From: Syntrophales bacterium
GTDB lineage: Bacteria; Desulfobacterota; Syntrophia; Syntrophales; PHBD01
Length of the DNA: 64,000 nucleotides
Reading direction: 5' to 3'
NCBI GenBank assembly: GCA_963668175.1
Contig: OY764159.1
Span: 2,624,001-2,688,000 of the forward strand
A model generated the notes under the pieces. It saw nothing but the letters and a program-made list of their open reading frames with translations. It had not been told where the DNA came from and did not search any database. Position numbers and translations under genes: made by a program. The first letter of the stretch is position 1. Every line of letters begins with the position of its first letter. Shown in pieces: positions 10,599 through 19,765 of this stretch.

Positions 10599-11444
10599 TT
10601 AGAAGGCCTTTCTCTCCAGAAGTTCGTCCCGCTTCCCGTCCTGCGTGCACCCGTATTGCAGTTTCGTCGCGTGGATGCGGCCTTTCTCCGTCTTCAGTTC
10701 GTATTCGTCCTGCGAATTGTACCCGTGATCGCCGCAGGGCCAGTGGACCACGCGGACCGTCCCCGCCGCCGTCCGTAGAGCCTCCCAGTGCCGGTCCTGC
10801 AGGACGAGGGGCATATCCGGATTCCCGGCGGAGGAGAAGGCGTGAAGGCGGGGATTCTTCCGGGAGATGCCGACGGCGACGCTCATTCTCTTCCCGCAGG
10901 GCAGTGTCCCGATCTGGAGAATGAATTCCGTGGCCCTTCCATCCTGGTCGTAATCGCCGAACCGCATGATCGCGGCGGGCGGCCGGGCCCGAACGCGCGC
11001 CGCGAGGCCGGCCGGGGCCTTTTCGTCGCGGTCGCTTTCCAGCATGTCCCACTTTCTCAGGGCGGCCTGCGGGGGGTCGAAGTGCATGCCGGGGTAATCG
11101 CCCGCGTATTCGTTGAAGAGCTGCGTGAGCGAAAGGCGCTCGTCCTTTTTGCCCGGCCTCTTTCTCACGAGAGTGAGGTCGCCCCGCTCGCCGAAGGCGA
11201 ATCCGGAACAGGGGCAGGCGTACCAGTCGTCGCCTTCCGGCGCGCACGCGGGCTCCGGCGGTTTCGTCCATTCGAGGCGCCATGTCTCCTCGACGCCGTC
11301 AATGACGACTTTCGCCTCCTCCCGGACCACCGGCCCGGCGCTTTCGGAGGCTGCGGCTGCGGGAAGGGCGGCCGCGAAATAGCCGGGCGCGATGCAGGAG
11401 AGAAGGGCCGTTATGGCTCTTGTCCGCAGCGTTGCGATCTTCAT
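10599..11444 (-). CDS. Hypothetical exported Cys-containing protein
   Basis: 281 aa with a signal peptide, CPCSGF, and a DYDQDG Ca-binding-like loop. Confidence 0.7.
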   Translation of the reverse strand: MKIATLRTRAITALLSCIAPGYFAAALPAAAASESAGPVVREEAKVVIDGVEETWRLEWTKPPEPACAPEGDDWYACPCSGFAFGERGDLTLVRKRPGKKDERLSLTQLFNEYAGDYPGMHFDPPQAALRKWDMLESDRDEKAPAGLAARVRARPPAAIMRFGDYDQDGRATEFILQIGTLPCGKRMSVAVGISRKNPRLHAFSSAGNPDMPLVLQDRHWEALRTAAGTVRVVHWPCGDHGYNSQDEYELKTEKGRIHATKLQYGCTQDGKRDELLERKAF

Positions 11445-11451
11445 GAGGCAC

Positions 11452-11940
11452 CTATTTTCGTCCGCCGCCGAGACCTTTCAGGAACGAGGCGTTCTCTGAA
11501 ACGGCCACCGTATCGCTGTACCGTGGAAGGACGTATTCCAGGTACTGAAAGTAAATGTCGTCGTCGATGTAGAACGCGTAGCCGCCGCCGTCCGTTTCGA
11601 TCGTCATTCGATTCATGAAGACGCCTTCTCCGAAGGCGACGTTTTTCACCTTCCGGAAAGGCACGGAAACGGATTCGCTCCCGAAGATCAGGGAATCCTT
11701 CGTGATCGCAAACCCGTCGCGCGACAGGACAAGCGCGTCCTTCCGGAACCAGACGCCGCCCCAGAGGCATTTCGCCTCCGCCAGGCGGAGGTTCCCCGTC
11801 GCGGCCTCGAAGGTCAGGCTGCATTTCGGGTCGACCCTGTAATTGAAGAAGACGACAAGAAAAACGACGACGATGAGCACGCCGGCGATACCGGCGCGCT
11901 TTTTCCACTTGGATTCCATCGGGGAAGGCTTATCCTCCAT
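11452..11940 (-). CDS. Hypothetical membrane-anchored protein (PH-domain-like C-terminus)
   Basis: One TM helix, then a beta-rich region (SVSVPFRKVKNV...MTIET); start taken at MEDKP. Confidence 0.6.
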   Translation of the reverse strand: MEDKPSPMESKWKKRAGIAGVLIVVVFLVVFFNYRVDPKCSLTFEAATGNLRLAEAKCLWGGVWFRKDALVLSRDGFAITKDSLIFGSESVSVPFRKVKNVAFGEGVFMNRMTIETDGGGYAFYIDDDIYFQYLEYVLPRYSDTVAVSENASFLKGLGGGRK

Positions 11941-12360
11941 CGCAAAAGGCCCGCATGATCTATTTTTTGTTCGGGGGATTGTCCGCGCGGCCTGACCGCG
12001 GCCGCCGACCGCTTGAAATCTATAATATTTCAGGCGGGATGGCAACGGGAAAATGGGGGGCGGGAAGGAGAGGGCAGGGCGGGCGGACGGCGAATCTGTC
12101 CGGACCGTTTCGGTGTCCCGTGCGGAAATAAACGCGCCCCCCAAAAAAGCTTTGATTGACGAATTTTAACATCCGTGCGAGTGTAGAACAGGTATTGGTT
12201 GAAACAATGGCGCGGCCCACAAAATATATGGACAGGCGGGAAAAACAATTCGCGTGACGCCGCACAAAAGGATACCGGTCTGTTCGCGTTGTTTTCGCCA
12301 GACAAAGATGGAGAAGAACCCGGTATTGAAAACGACGTTTTGACGAACAGGAGGAGCGAC

Positions 12361-12666
12361 ATGGATATACATCTTGTGGAGCAGGCGAACAATTACTTCA
12401 AGATGCGGGACAAAATATGGGAAAGCGGCTGGTGGTCGCTTGACGAAGACAAAGCCAGGGAACTGGTCGGAGGACATATCTATTTTCATAAAACGCAGCA
12501 GGAATCTTCCTTCTACGGGGGCATGGTCACGGGCTACCGGGTCGAGCAAGACGGGCAGAATCGAGGCAAAATCGTTTTCAGCCTTGAATACAGCGAGGCC
12601 TGCCGAAACGTCAAGACCGGCAAGGATGGATGGTCGAAAAAAATGAAGATCGTAAAATATGAGTGA
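12361..12666 (+). CDS. Hypothetical protein
   Basis: GGAGGAG RBS before ATG 12361 (MDIHLVEQ); overlaps the next gene. Confidence 0.75.
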   Translation: MDIHLVEQANNYFKMRDKIWESGWWSLDEDKARELVGGHIYFHKTQQESSFYGGMVTGYRVEQDGQNRGKIVFSLEYSEACRNVKTGKDGWSKKMKIVKYE

Positions 12667-13015
12667 AGATCTGCTTGATTACTGGCTCCGGATAATCAGT
12701 CCGATTTTCCCGGCGAATGCCTGGATTGCTTCGAGTCTCTCCCGCGGCGATTACCTGATACAGATCGACTGGAAAATTGAAGACGAACCGCACAAACGCA
12801 ATAAACGTTCCCGGAAGATCCAGATAGTCGTCACGGAGCAGGCGATTGACGATTACCTGGACAAGAGCAAGGACGAGCGGGCCGAATCGGACGCCAAAAT
12901 AGTCGATTGGATTTCCAATCGCTATCGTCGGTTCAGGCGCGATCAGGAGGACATGCCGTCGCACGCCGTTTCTGCGGAGCGCTGGTGCATCTCCGGCGAT
13001 TTGATCCGCCCGTAG
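12659..13015 (+). CDS. Hypothetical protein
   Basis: 118 aa, overlaps the stop of the upstream ORF. Confidence 0.7.
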   Translation: MSEDLLDYWLRIISPIFPANAWIASSLSRGDYLIQIDWKIEDEPHKRNKRSRKIQIVVTEQAIDDYLDKSKDERAESDAKIVDWISNRYRRFRRDQEDMPSHAVSAERWCISGDLIRP

Positions 13016-13142
13016 AGGCCGGGAAATCGAATCCTTAACGAGGGGTTGCGCCCCGTTCTTCCGTTCCGTCGGGCGGCCAAACGGCTGCGGTCGCGCGCGA
13101 AGAAGATCGCATGTCCTTAGAATGGTAATCGAAGTAAATACC

Positions 13143-13274
13143 TTGACTTCTATCGCGATCCATCCTATATGAACACATCTCGTTGCCTCCGGTGCTGAAC
13201 AAGGCAAGTTGGGCAAGGGCCTTTTGAAGCGTAAGGTAAACCGCCATACTCTTTGGAGCGTTGGCGGTTTTTTT
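13143..13274 (+). ncRNA. Candidate small RNA or terminated leader
   Basis: TTGACT-N17-TATATG promoter (13143-13171), about 95 nt of transcript, terminator AAACCGCCA...TGGCGGTTT-TTTT (13238-13274); no credible ORF. Confidence 0.5.
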
Positions 13275-13502
13275 CGTTTATGACGGAGATTGAAAACCTG
13301 GAAGGAGGGTCAACGTATGATTGCGGCTGAGGGAAAAGAGGGGCGGAAGGAGACCGTCTGCGGTTGACGTGCGGCGGAATCCCTTTCATGGCTCCCGGGC
13401 GATGGTCGCAAAGAGCGTTGTTGCGCGATAGCCGCCCTTGTCGGTAAGCGAGGGGCCTTGACAACCATTCATCATGAATCATCTAACCGGAAAGGATAGC
13501 GA

Positions 13503-13859
13503 ATGAACAAGAAATTATATGTAGGCAATCTGACGGCCGATGTCAACGAAGGCGATCTGCGGGCCAGTTTCGAGCAGGTAGGACCGGTGATATCCGTAAA
13601 CATCATCAAGGACAAATTCACCAGGCAATCCAAGGGATTCGGCTTTGTCGAAATGGAAACGGAAGCCGATGCCGGGAAGGCGATCAGTAGGTTCAATAAA
13701 GGGATACTTGACGGAAAGGCTATCGACGTCAGCGAAGCCAGAGAGAAAAGGGAAGGCGGCGGGGGCGGCGGACGCCCCGGCGGAGGCGGATACAGGGGTG
13801 GAGGACGGCCCGGCGGCGGAGGACGCCCCGGCGGAGGGGGCGGTCGCGGCAGGTATTAA
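13503..13859 (+). CDS. RRM (RNP) RNA-binding protein with Gly/Arg-rich tail
   Basis: RNP2 LYVGNL, RNP1 KGFGFVEM and GGGGRP repeats. Confidence 0.95.
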   Translation: MNKKLYVGNLTADVNEGDLRASFEQVGPVISVNIIKDKFTRQSKGFGFVEMETEADAGKAISRFNKGILDGKAIDVSEAREKREGGGGGGRPGGGGYRGGGRPGGGGRPGGGGGRGRY

Positions 13860-13904
13860 CGAACAGGACGGCATCGCCCCGGCCTGGTCCCGTGTAAATA
13901 ATCC

Positions 13905-13933
13905 TTGACAATCTTATCATCCGTTGATAACCT
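13905..13933 (+). promoter_or_regulatory. Sigma-70 promoter with overlapping operator for the TA module
   Basis: TTGACA-N17-TAACCT with inverted repeat TTATCA-N5-TGATAA (13914-13930). Confidence 0.7.
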
Positions 13934-13943
13934 ATCGGCCGCG

Positions 13944-14291
13944 ATGAAAGACAAAAACGACTATGAATTGCAGACGTTATTGGATTTGTCTGGTCATGTA
14001 TATTATTTGGAAGGCGGGAGATATTGGGTAAAGTTTTCGGCGTCAAGGGTTGTTCCTTCCGAATTCATACCGCACGGGATCAAGTACTCGTTAACGCTGC
14101 ATGACCGGAACAACACAAGAATCGTTGGGTACGACAATGCGCACGACTGTCTGCCGAAAAGAAAACCTTACAGGGCCAGGAAGGTCACATGGGACCATGT
14201 CCACAAGAGAGATAAGGTCGAACCCTATGAATTCGATTCGGCGTCGCAACTGATGGAAGATTTTTGGGAGACGGTCAACAGCTTTATTTAG
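13944..14291 (+). CDS. TumE-like (DUF6516) toxin-antitoxin component
   Basis: PHGIKYSLTLH...RIVGYDNAH...DHVH...LMEDFW pattern. Confidence 0.8.
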   Translation: MKDKNDYELQTLLDLSGHVYYLEGGRYWVKFSASRVVPSEFIPHGIKYSLTLHDRNNTRIVGYDNAHDCLPKRKPYRARKVTWDHVHKRDKVEPYEFDSASQLMEDFWETVNSFI

Positions 14292-14311
14292 GGACGCAGG
14301 GGGTATTTGCA

Positions 14312-14668
14312 ATGGCAAAGGAAATGAAGATAGGGATTATGCCCAGGGAAGATTTCCAGGCCTATACCCTGGCCGTTGCCAGGGGCGAAAAGAAACTGAC
14401 CGGGAAAGAACCTAAGGTTTGGTTCGATTCCGTGGAATCCATGGCGCAGGTTCTGAGCACGAAAAACAGGGAGCTTCTGAAAATTATTCAGGAGCAGAAA
14501 CCGGAATCGCTGACGGAACTGGCGGCCGAATCGGGCCGGCGGCTGGCGAATCTGTCCCGGACGCTGAAAAACATGGAGCGCTACGGGATCGTCGAACTGG
14601 ACAAAGAAGGCGGTTCCGTGAAACCGAAAGTCCGCGTCAGTAAATTCCACGCGGTTTTCAGCTTGTAG
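14312..14668 (+). CDS. HVO_A0114-like HTH DNA-binding antitoxin (TumA-like)
   Basis: WFDSVESMAQVLS..N.ELL..I...KPESLTELA..SGR...NLSRTLK winged-HTH; directly follows the DUF6516-like gene. Confidence 0.8.
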   Translation: MAKEMKIGIMPREDFQAYTLAVARGEKKLTGKEPKVWFDSVESMAQVLSTKNRELLKIIQEQKPESLTELAAESGRRLANLSRTLKNMERYGIVELDKEGGSVKPKVRVSKFHAVFSL

Positions 14669-14766
14669 AAAAAAGCGTTTGCATCGACAGGGGCGGCGGG
14701 GCGGGAAAATGTCACCCCTGTTGTCATTTAATCAAAATTCTGTGTCTTGAATCCTCGCCTTTTGAA

Positions 14767-15516
14767 CTAGCGTTTAATAAAGAACGGCAAATAGACTTCG
14801 CTCAAACGCGGAGGATCTGCAATCTCTTGCTCGTCGTATTTCAAGTCAGGAAGGTATTGCTTTGCAATTACCAATAACATCTCATTCAAGAATATGATGG
14901 TTTTCCCTGCCACTTCAAGTGTTTCTGCCATGTAGGTTTCGATGCCCCTTGTTGCGTTCTCCGGATCTATGGTCGCTGCTATGCCTCTTGCATATAGTAG
15001 GAAAGAAGCAGAATAGAGACAATTCCCCTGCGCTTCTGAGAGATAGTTTTCTAAGACCTCGTCCTCGGGCATTTGCTCCAGCTGGTTGACCACTTGTTTG
15101 CGATCATAATGGAAAGAAAACCAGTTTCTCACTTTACTCATCCATGAATTCTTGCTGAAGTAGCTTTTTAAGAAATCAAGGCTCTCCGTTCCTTCTTTGT
15201 TCAATCGGTTTTCATACTCCTTGGCCACTCGCCCACGAAAGAAGGTCGATTGAAGGCATTGCCAACATTCCCAAAGTTTCCCCACTAAGAGGGTCTGGAA
15301 GAACAAGCGCTGAGTAATTTGTGCTCTTCGTTCCACTTCGCTGACCACGTCCTTGTTAAATAAGTACATGATTTTATGTAGTATGTTAATTTCGTTGAGT
15401 ATTGTCCCGAAAACAATGAAGAGCACACGATCCTTTTCTGGCATTTTCTCAAACATATTTTTGGTTAAATCTATTCTATATACCTTCATCATCTCTTTTA
15501 TCTCTCTGTTCTCCAT
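14767..15516 (-). CDS. Helical protein with HEPN-like RN-x4-H motif
   Basis: All-helical appearance, RNWFSFH motif, AT-rich; ATG directly abuts the upstream TGA. Confidence 0.6.
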   Translation of the reverse strand: MENREIKEMMKVYRIDLTKNMFEKMPEKDRVLFIVFGTILNEINILHKIMYLFNKDVVSEVERRAQITQRLFFQTLLVGKLWECWQCLQSTFFRGRVAKEYENRLNKEGTESLDFLKSYFSKNSWMSKVRNWFSFHYDRKQVVNQLEQMPEDEVLENYLSEAQGNCLYSASFLLYARGIAATIDPENATRGIETYMAETLEVAGKTIIFLNEMLLVIAKQYLPDLKYDEQEIADPPRLSEVYLPFFIKR

Positions 15517-16551
15517 TCAACTTCGTTTAGGAGACAATGCCGCAAGTATACGCCCCATAAGCTCACCAGATGTTGCCACAGACCCGATATCTTCCTTATC
15601 TGTTTTGACTATGCCTGGGTCACCGAAATCAATTATTTCTTCGCAAAGTTTCGCTAGAATAAGATCACGCTGTTGTGGCTCAAGAGCAGAATTTACGAAG
15701 CCTTCGACACTATTCGCCACTCTAACCCTATGGTGATTTTTTTCCATCATATGAATATGTGCCCTTAATATCCGAAAGAAAAAAGCTGCGCTCGCACCCG
15801 CAGTGCTTAAAACAAAAATTCGCAGAATGGTGTGATATATTGCTACAGGCCACTGTTCTGATGGAGGAAGAGGCCACCACATGAAAGCGAATGCCAAACC
15901 GATTAGGATAAGCACAGATAAACCCGTAAGCCACGCCCATAGTTTTAGTTTCTTTTTAGCGTCGGTCGTCGCTTCATTAAATTGATTTTGAGCTTCCTCA
16001 ATAGAAATCTTTGCTGCTGTCTTTCGAGCTCTCGTCTCGATCTCTTCAGCGAGTGCCTTAGCCCCTTGTATCGATTTTTCGGCTTCTTCTTTTATTGTTG
16101 CTATTGTTGCAGTTGTTTGTTTCTGTAATTGATCAACAACACGTGCATACTCGTGCCGTATACCCTCGTCATCTAGGAATCCTCGGTCCAATATGGCTGT
16201 AGCTGCAAACAATGGTTCCCATTGCCTTGCCTGTTCCATTAGACTTTGCATCGAACTTACAAAAGTATTTTTTTGGGCTATATAATCTGATGGTAACCTT
16301 ACCTGTTGCTCTATCATTAGATCTGCGATGCGATTTAAAGCAGTCTTGGCTTGTTCCACGTAGCTATCATGTACGTTAGGCGCATGATGCGATACAAATT
16401 CTTTCAAATGGCGGATTCTGGCAAGAATCGGTGCAAATATTTTTTCCAGTGATTCATCCCCTAATCCTCTGCGCAGCAATTTGTCCACATCTACACTGTC
16501 AAATTTTTTTAGTACCAGTTCCAATTCTTTCCGCTTTTCGTCTGATGCCAT
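15517..16551 (-). CDS. Coiled-coil protein with two C-terminal TM helices
   Basis: Long charged helical region, two TM segments, then NHHRVRVANS; AT-rich. Confidence 0.75.
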   Translation of the reverse strand: MASDEKRKELELVLKKFDSVDVDKLLRRGLGDESLEKIFAPILARIRHLKEFVSHHAPNVHDSYVEQAKTALNRIADLMIEQQVRLPSDYIAQKNTFVSSMQSLMEQARQWEPLFAATAILDRGFLDDEGIRHEYARVVDQLQKQTTATIATIKEEAEKSIQGAKALAEEIETRARKTAAKISIEEAQNQFNEATTDAKKKLKLWAWLTGLSVLILIGLAFAFMWWPLPPSEQWPVAIYHTILRIFVLSTAGASAAFFFRILRAHIHMMEKNHHRVRVANSVEGFVNSALEPQQRDLILAKLCEEIIDFGDPGIVKTDKEDIGSVATSGELMGRILAALSPKRS

Positions 16552-16901
16552 TAATTTACCTCTTGCATCGCGCTAAGAGATGCGGCTAGGAAGCCATTTA
16601 TTTGCAGAATAACTACGTTATCGTATTTAACAAATAAATACTGAATTGGAGGTCGAGAGGTATTACCGATTCAGGAGTTAGCGAAATGTGATCATGAGAG
16701 TAAAATTTACAATCGACTCTGCCCCGGTTAATGGTTATTGTCAAGACAAAATATCAGCATAGTATCCCTAAAAAACGCGGTCTGGCGATAACGATGCAAG
16801 GAAGTGCAAGCGGATAAGAAAGGAGAAGTGATAAGATCCGAGTCCGAGGCTTCTAGTGCTGACCGTCCCAGAGCAAAGCAATTTGATTCCGGCGTTTCCG
16901 T

Positions 16902-17054
16902 TTACCGCTTGTACCACGTCAAATTGCATTCGCGGATTTCGAGGCGTTTGCCGGCGCATTGGTTGTCGGTGAAGGCGGTTTCGATATGAAATGTAATCGA
17001 AGTGGTCCGCTGAACGTTGTACACGCCGAAACGGGAGGTGCCCGCACAGAACAT
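16902..17054 (-). pseudogene. Orphan C-terminal module homologous to the end of 18352..19305 (possible 50-aa ORF)
   Basis: MFCA-GTSRFGVYNVQRTTSITFHIETAFTDNQCAGKRLEIRECNLTWYKR*; 21/46 identical and ungapped against the C-terminus of 18352..19305. Confidence 0.75.
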
Positions 17055-17096
17055 GTCTGCCCTTCGATGAGGCCTTGGATGAAAATACAGGGATCT

Positions 17097-17963
17097 TCAT
17101 TTTACGTTCTGCTGGTTCCTCAAGCCAAGCACCGAAAAAGCCGTGTTCAACAACGTAGTCACACCGCTAGTTATTGCCACGGCACCGTATTTACGAGCCT
17201 CGTCCCCGTATCTTTTCGCAGAATATGCGCCACAGAAGATGATCGCGGGTGCTTTGATCCTCCTATCTGACAATTCCCGAAGCAAATCGAGCCCGGCAGT
17301 TTTATCGCTACCGCGCGCCATATCGGATATGATGAGGTCGAACGATTGGGAGGATAAGGCGTCCATCGCGGCTTGTGTCGTAAGCACGGATGTTATCTGA
17401 ACGCCGCTATTTCGAAGAATCTCCGCCGGGACATCGTTATTTGAGGGAATATCGTCCACCCAGAGAATCTTCCTTGTCTCTGGGACCGGCCTTGCCGAAA
17501 TGTCGGAAGAGGGCGGAATAGTCGGGGAGAACATGGCGACATTGATATCGCGCACCTGGTCGGTCCAAGTCGATTTGAGCTCCTTGACCTGACGCTCAAG
17601 GTCGTCACGCAGCCGCTGAACCTCGTTGCCAAACTCTTTTACTTTGTCATCAATGGCGTTTTTTGCAAGTGCGTCGATTCGGTTGTTGACCTGTTCGGTC
17701 ACCTCTTTTTTAGTCCGCCATTGCATCCATGTGAAGATGGAACCCAGAATGATGACTGAAGCGGCAAGAATTCCGACCAGTTTATTATAAAGACTTTCCA
17801 CGACTTGCAGATGCCTTGCCATTTCGTCGTGCAGTAGCTTGGAGTATTTTAGGAGCACAGGGCCGTCATCCGCCATCGGCGGCGCCTGGCCATATGCGGT
17901 AGACAAGAACAGACCGGCCGTTACGCCTAAGATGCTAATCAATATAAGATAACGTTTCATCAT
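17097..17963 (-). CDS. Membrane-anchored coiled-coil protein with C-terminal receiver (REC) domain
   Basis: Signal peptide, TM helix, coiled coil, ILWVDD and IISDM. Confidence 0.82.
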   Translation of the reverse strand: MMKRYLILISILGVTAGLFLSTAYGQAPPMADDGPVLLKYSKLLHDEMARHLQVVESLYNKLVGILAASVIILGSIFTWMQWRTKKEVTEQVNNRIDALAKNAIDDKVKEFGNEVQRLRDDLERQVKELKSTWTDQVRDINVAMFSPTIPPSSDISARPVPETRKILWVDDIPSNNDVPAEILRNSGVQITSVLTTQAAMDALSSQSFDLIISDMARGSDKTAGLDLLRELSDRRIKAPAIIFCGAYSAKRYGDEARKYGAVAITSGVTTLLNTAFSVLGLRNQQNVK

Positions 17964-18238
17964 ATCAGCCTCCTGATTTAATTGGCGAACCTAATATCGG
18001 TTAAAAAAAACGTACAGAGGAAATCCGATTCATCATCTAATGCCGGTGCAACAGTGTAGTTATGATGATGCGAATGATAGTGTAGATTTACACCAATCGG
18101 AGCAAAAGCGTGACAGATTAAGATAGTATAATTCAAATATCTGAATAATCCACTTTGTCAAGAGGTTTGTCGGCGATTCGATTAAATTGATTGATACATC
18201 CGGCCCCCCTAGGGCTTCATTTAAATAGACTACATCCC

Positions 18239-18292
18239 TCACCTCTTATACCACTTAAGTTTGCATTCGCGGATTTCGAGGCTTTTGCCGGT
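18239..18292 (-). pseudogene. Short orphan C-terminal fragment of the 18352..19305 family
   Basis: TGKSLEIRECKLKWYKR* against TGKRIEVRECTASFVKR*. Confidence 0.7.
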
Positions 18293-18351
18293 GCGGGTCC
18301 GTCACCATATTTTAGGCTTGGGAAGGCAGGCGCGTTACGCAGTGTTTCGGC

Positions 18352-19305
18352 TTACCGCTTCACAAACGATGCGGTGCATTCCCGGACTTCGATGCGTTTG
18401 CCGGTGCCGCGGTTGCCCTCGAAGCGGGTATCGAGATGAAATGTGACGGGGGTTTTCCTCTTCACCTGGAAGGCGGCAAAGCGGGGATCGCCGGAGTAGC
18501 CCTTGACGGTGATGAGGGACGTGCCGTCCGGGTTGATCTCCCCGTCGAAGGTGAAGGGCACTGAACCGTGAGGCGGGGTGTACTCGCCGTGGAAGACGCC
18601 GTCCTTGACGTCGCCGGTGAATTGATAGCCATAGCCGAGGGCGCCGTCCGTATGGCGGGGGCAGACGAGGGTGACATTCCACGTGCCGTCGAAGCGGTTC
18701 CTGTCGGCCGGGGCGGGTGCATCCGCCTTGTTCAAGAGCGTCCGGACCTCGCCGGTCATGGGGATGCTGACGGAGGCGGCGGCAGATACCGAGCCCGTCT
18801 CCACGGAAATAAGGCGCGCGTTGATCCGGACGCTCGTGCGGAGATCGGCGAGCGTCCCGGTGGTCAGGGCGTCCACGCCCAAAACCCGACCGAACTTGGA
18901 CGCGGTCCCGGCATCGACCAGGCCGGAGGCGGAGAGTTTCTGCTCGTCCATCATCTTCTGCAAAAGCTGCCGCTCGACGATCTGGAACCTGCCGGTGCGG
19001 AAAAGGCGCGTGGTCAGCTCCTCGGCCAGGTATTTCCCCAGGTCCGAAGTCTTCCCTTCAAGGCTCGTGAACTCGACGACGGCGATCTTGTGGGTCCTGC
19101 GGACGTTAAGGCCGGAGATGATCTGGGAGGCGAGGTTGTCGATCTGTTTGTCAAGTTCTTTGGCCTGCGGTTCTCTGGTCTGCGGTTCTCTGGTCTGCCT
19201 CTGCTGCTCGGGCGGCGGGGGTTGGTTCTGGAGTCGTTCGGCGGCGCAAGGGGCCGCTGCGGCGAGGCACAGGAGGCCCGCCAGGATATACGGGATGGTT
19301 TTCAT
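18352..19305 (-). CDS. Exported FlgO/CsgG-like domain protein with C-terminal beta domain
   Basis: Signal peptide, TREPQ x2 repeat, KIAVVEF...GKYLAEEL...FQIVER...INARLISVETG. Confidence 0.8.
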   Translation of the reverse strand: MKTIPYILAGLLCLAAAAPCAAERLQNQPPPPEQQRQTREPQTREPQAKELDKQIDNLASQIISGLNVRRTHKIAVVEFTSLEGKTSDLGKYLAEELTTRLFRTGRFQIVERQLLQKMMDEQKLSASGLVDAGTASKFGRVLGVDALTTGTLADLRTSVRINARLISVETGSVSAAASVSIPMTGEVRTLLNKADAPAPADRNRFDGTWNVTLVCPRHTDGALGYGYQFTGDVKDGVFHGEYTPPHGSVPFTFDGEINPDGTSLITVKGYSGDPRFAAFQVKRKTPVTFHLDTRFEGNRGTGKRIEVRECTASFVKR

Positions 19306-19393
19306 TTCATGTCTCCGGTTGATCCCCCGCCCAATTGCGGCGGATGTTACGGGGCCGGACTCTCCGCGGCCGGCCCCCGCGAACGCCTGTATC

Positions 19394-19765
19394 TTACGGC
19401 GCGTAGCACTTGATGGAGCTGATCTTGTCGTTATAGCCGGCCTTCACCATGTCGTAGGTCCCTTTGGTCAGCGGACCGATCTTGCTGCCCTTGAATTTGA
19501 TGTCCGTGTAGAACTCGCACTTGATCCCGGGGCCGAGGACGATGGACGAAATCATGTCGTTGATGTTCTGGCTGCCGCCGAACTTCCTCAGGTCGGCCTC
19601 GTTGGTCGACGTGCCGAGAGCGACGAACCAGCCGCCGCAGTTGACATGCTCGAAGGCTTTCCCGGTGCCGTTGGCAAGGTCGCCGGGGACGGGACAGTCG
19701 GCCCAGGCCGCGGCGGGAACCAGCAGCAGGGCGAAAACGATGAACAGCGCGCATCTCTTGGTCAT
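19394..19765 (-). CDS. Exported beta/gamma-crystallin domain protein
   Basis: Signal peptide; FEHVN.GG, NDMISSI, YTDIKFKG and NDKISSI Greek-key motifs; AAGGAGG RBS. Confidence 0.82.
   Translation of the reverse strand: MTKRCALFIVFALLLVPAAAWADCPVPGDLANGTGKAFEHVNCGGWFVALGTSTNEADLRKFGGSQNINDMISSIVLGPGIKCEFYTDIKFKGSKIGPLTKGTYDMVKAGYNDKISSIKCYAP

Noticed and set aside
13750..13855. GGCGG-rich nucleotide repeats
   Set aside because: Explained by the GGGGRP tail of the RRM protein.
16902..18492. Diversity-generating retroelement (TR/VR pair)
   Set aside because: Mismatches between copies are not confined to adenines (e.g. CGC/CGG, CTT/GCA, TGG/TTT), and there is no reverse transcriptase in the window.
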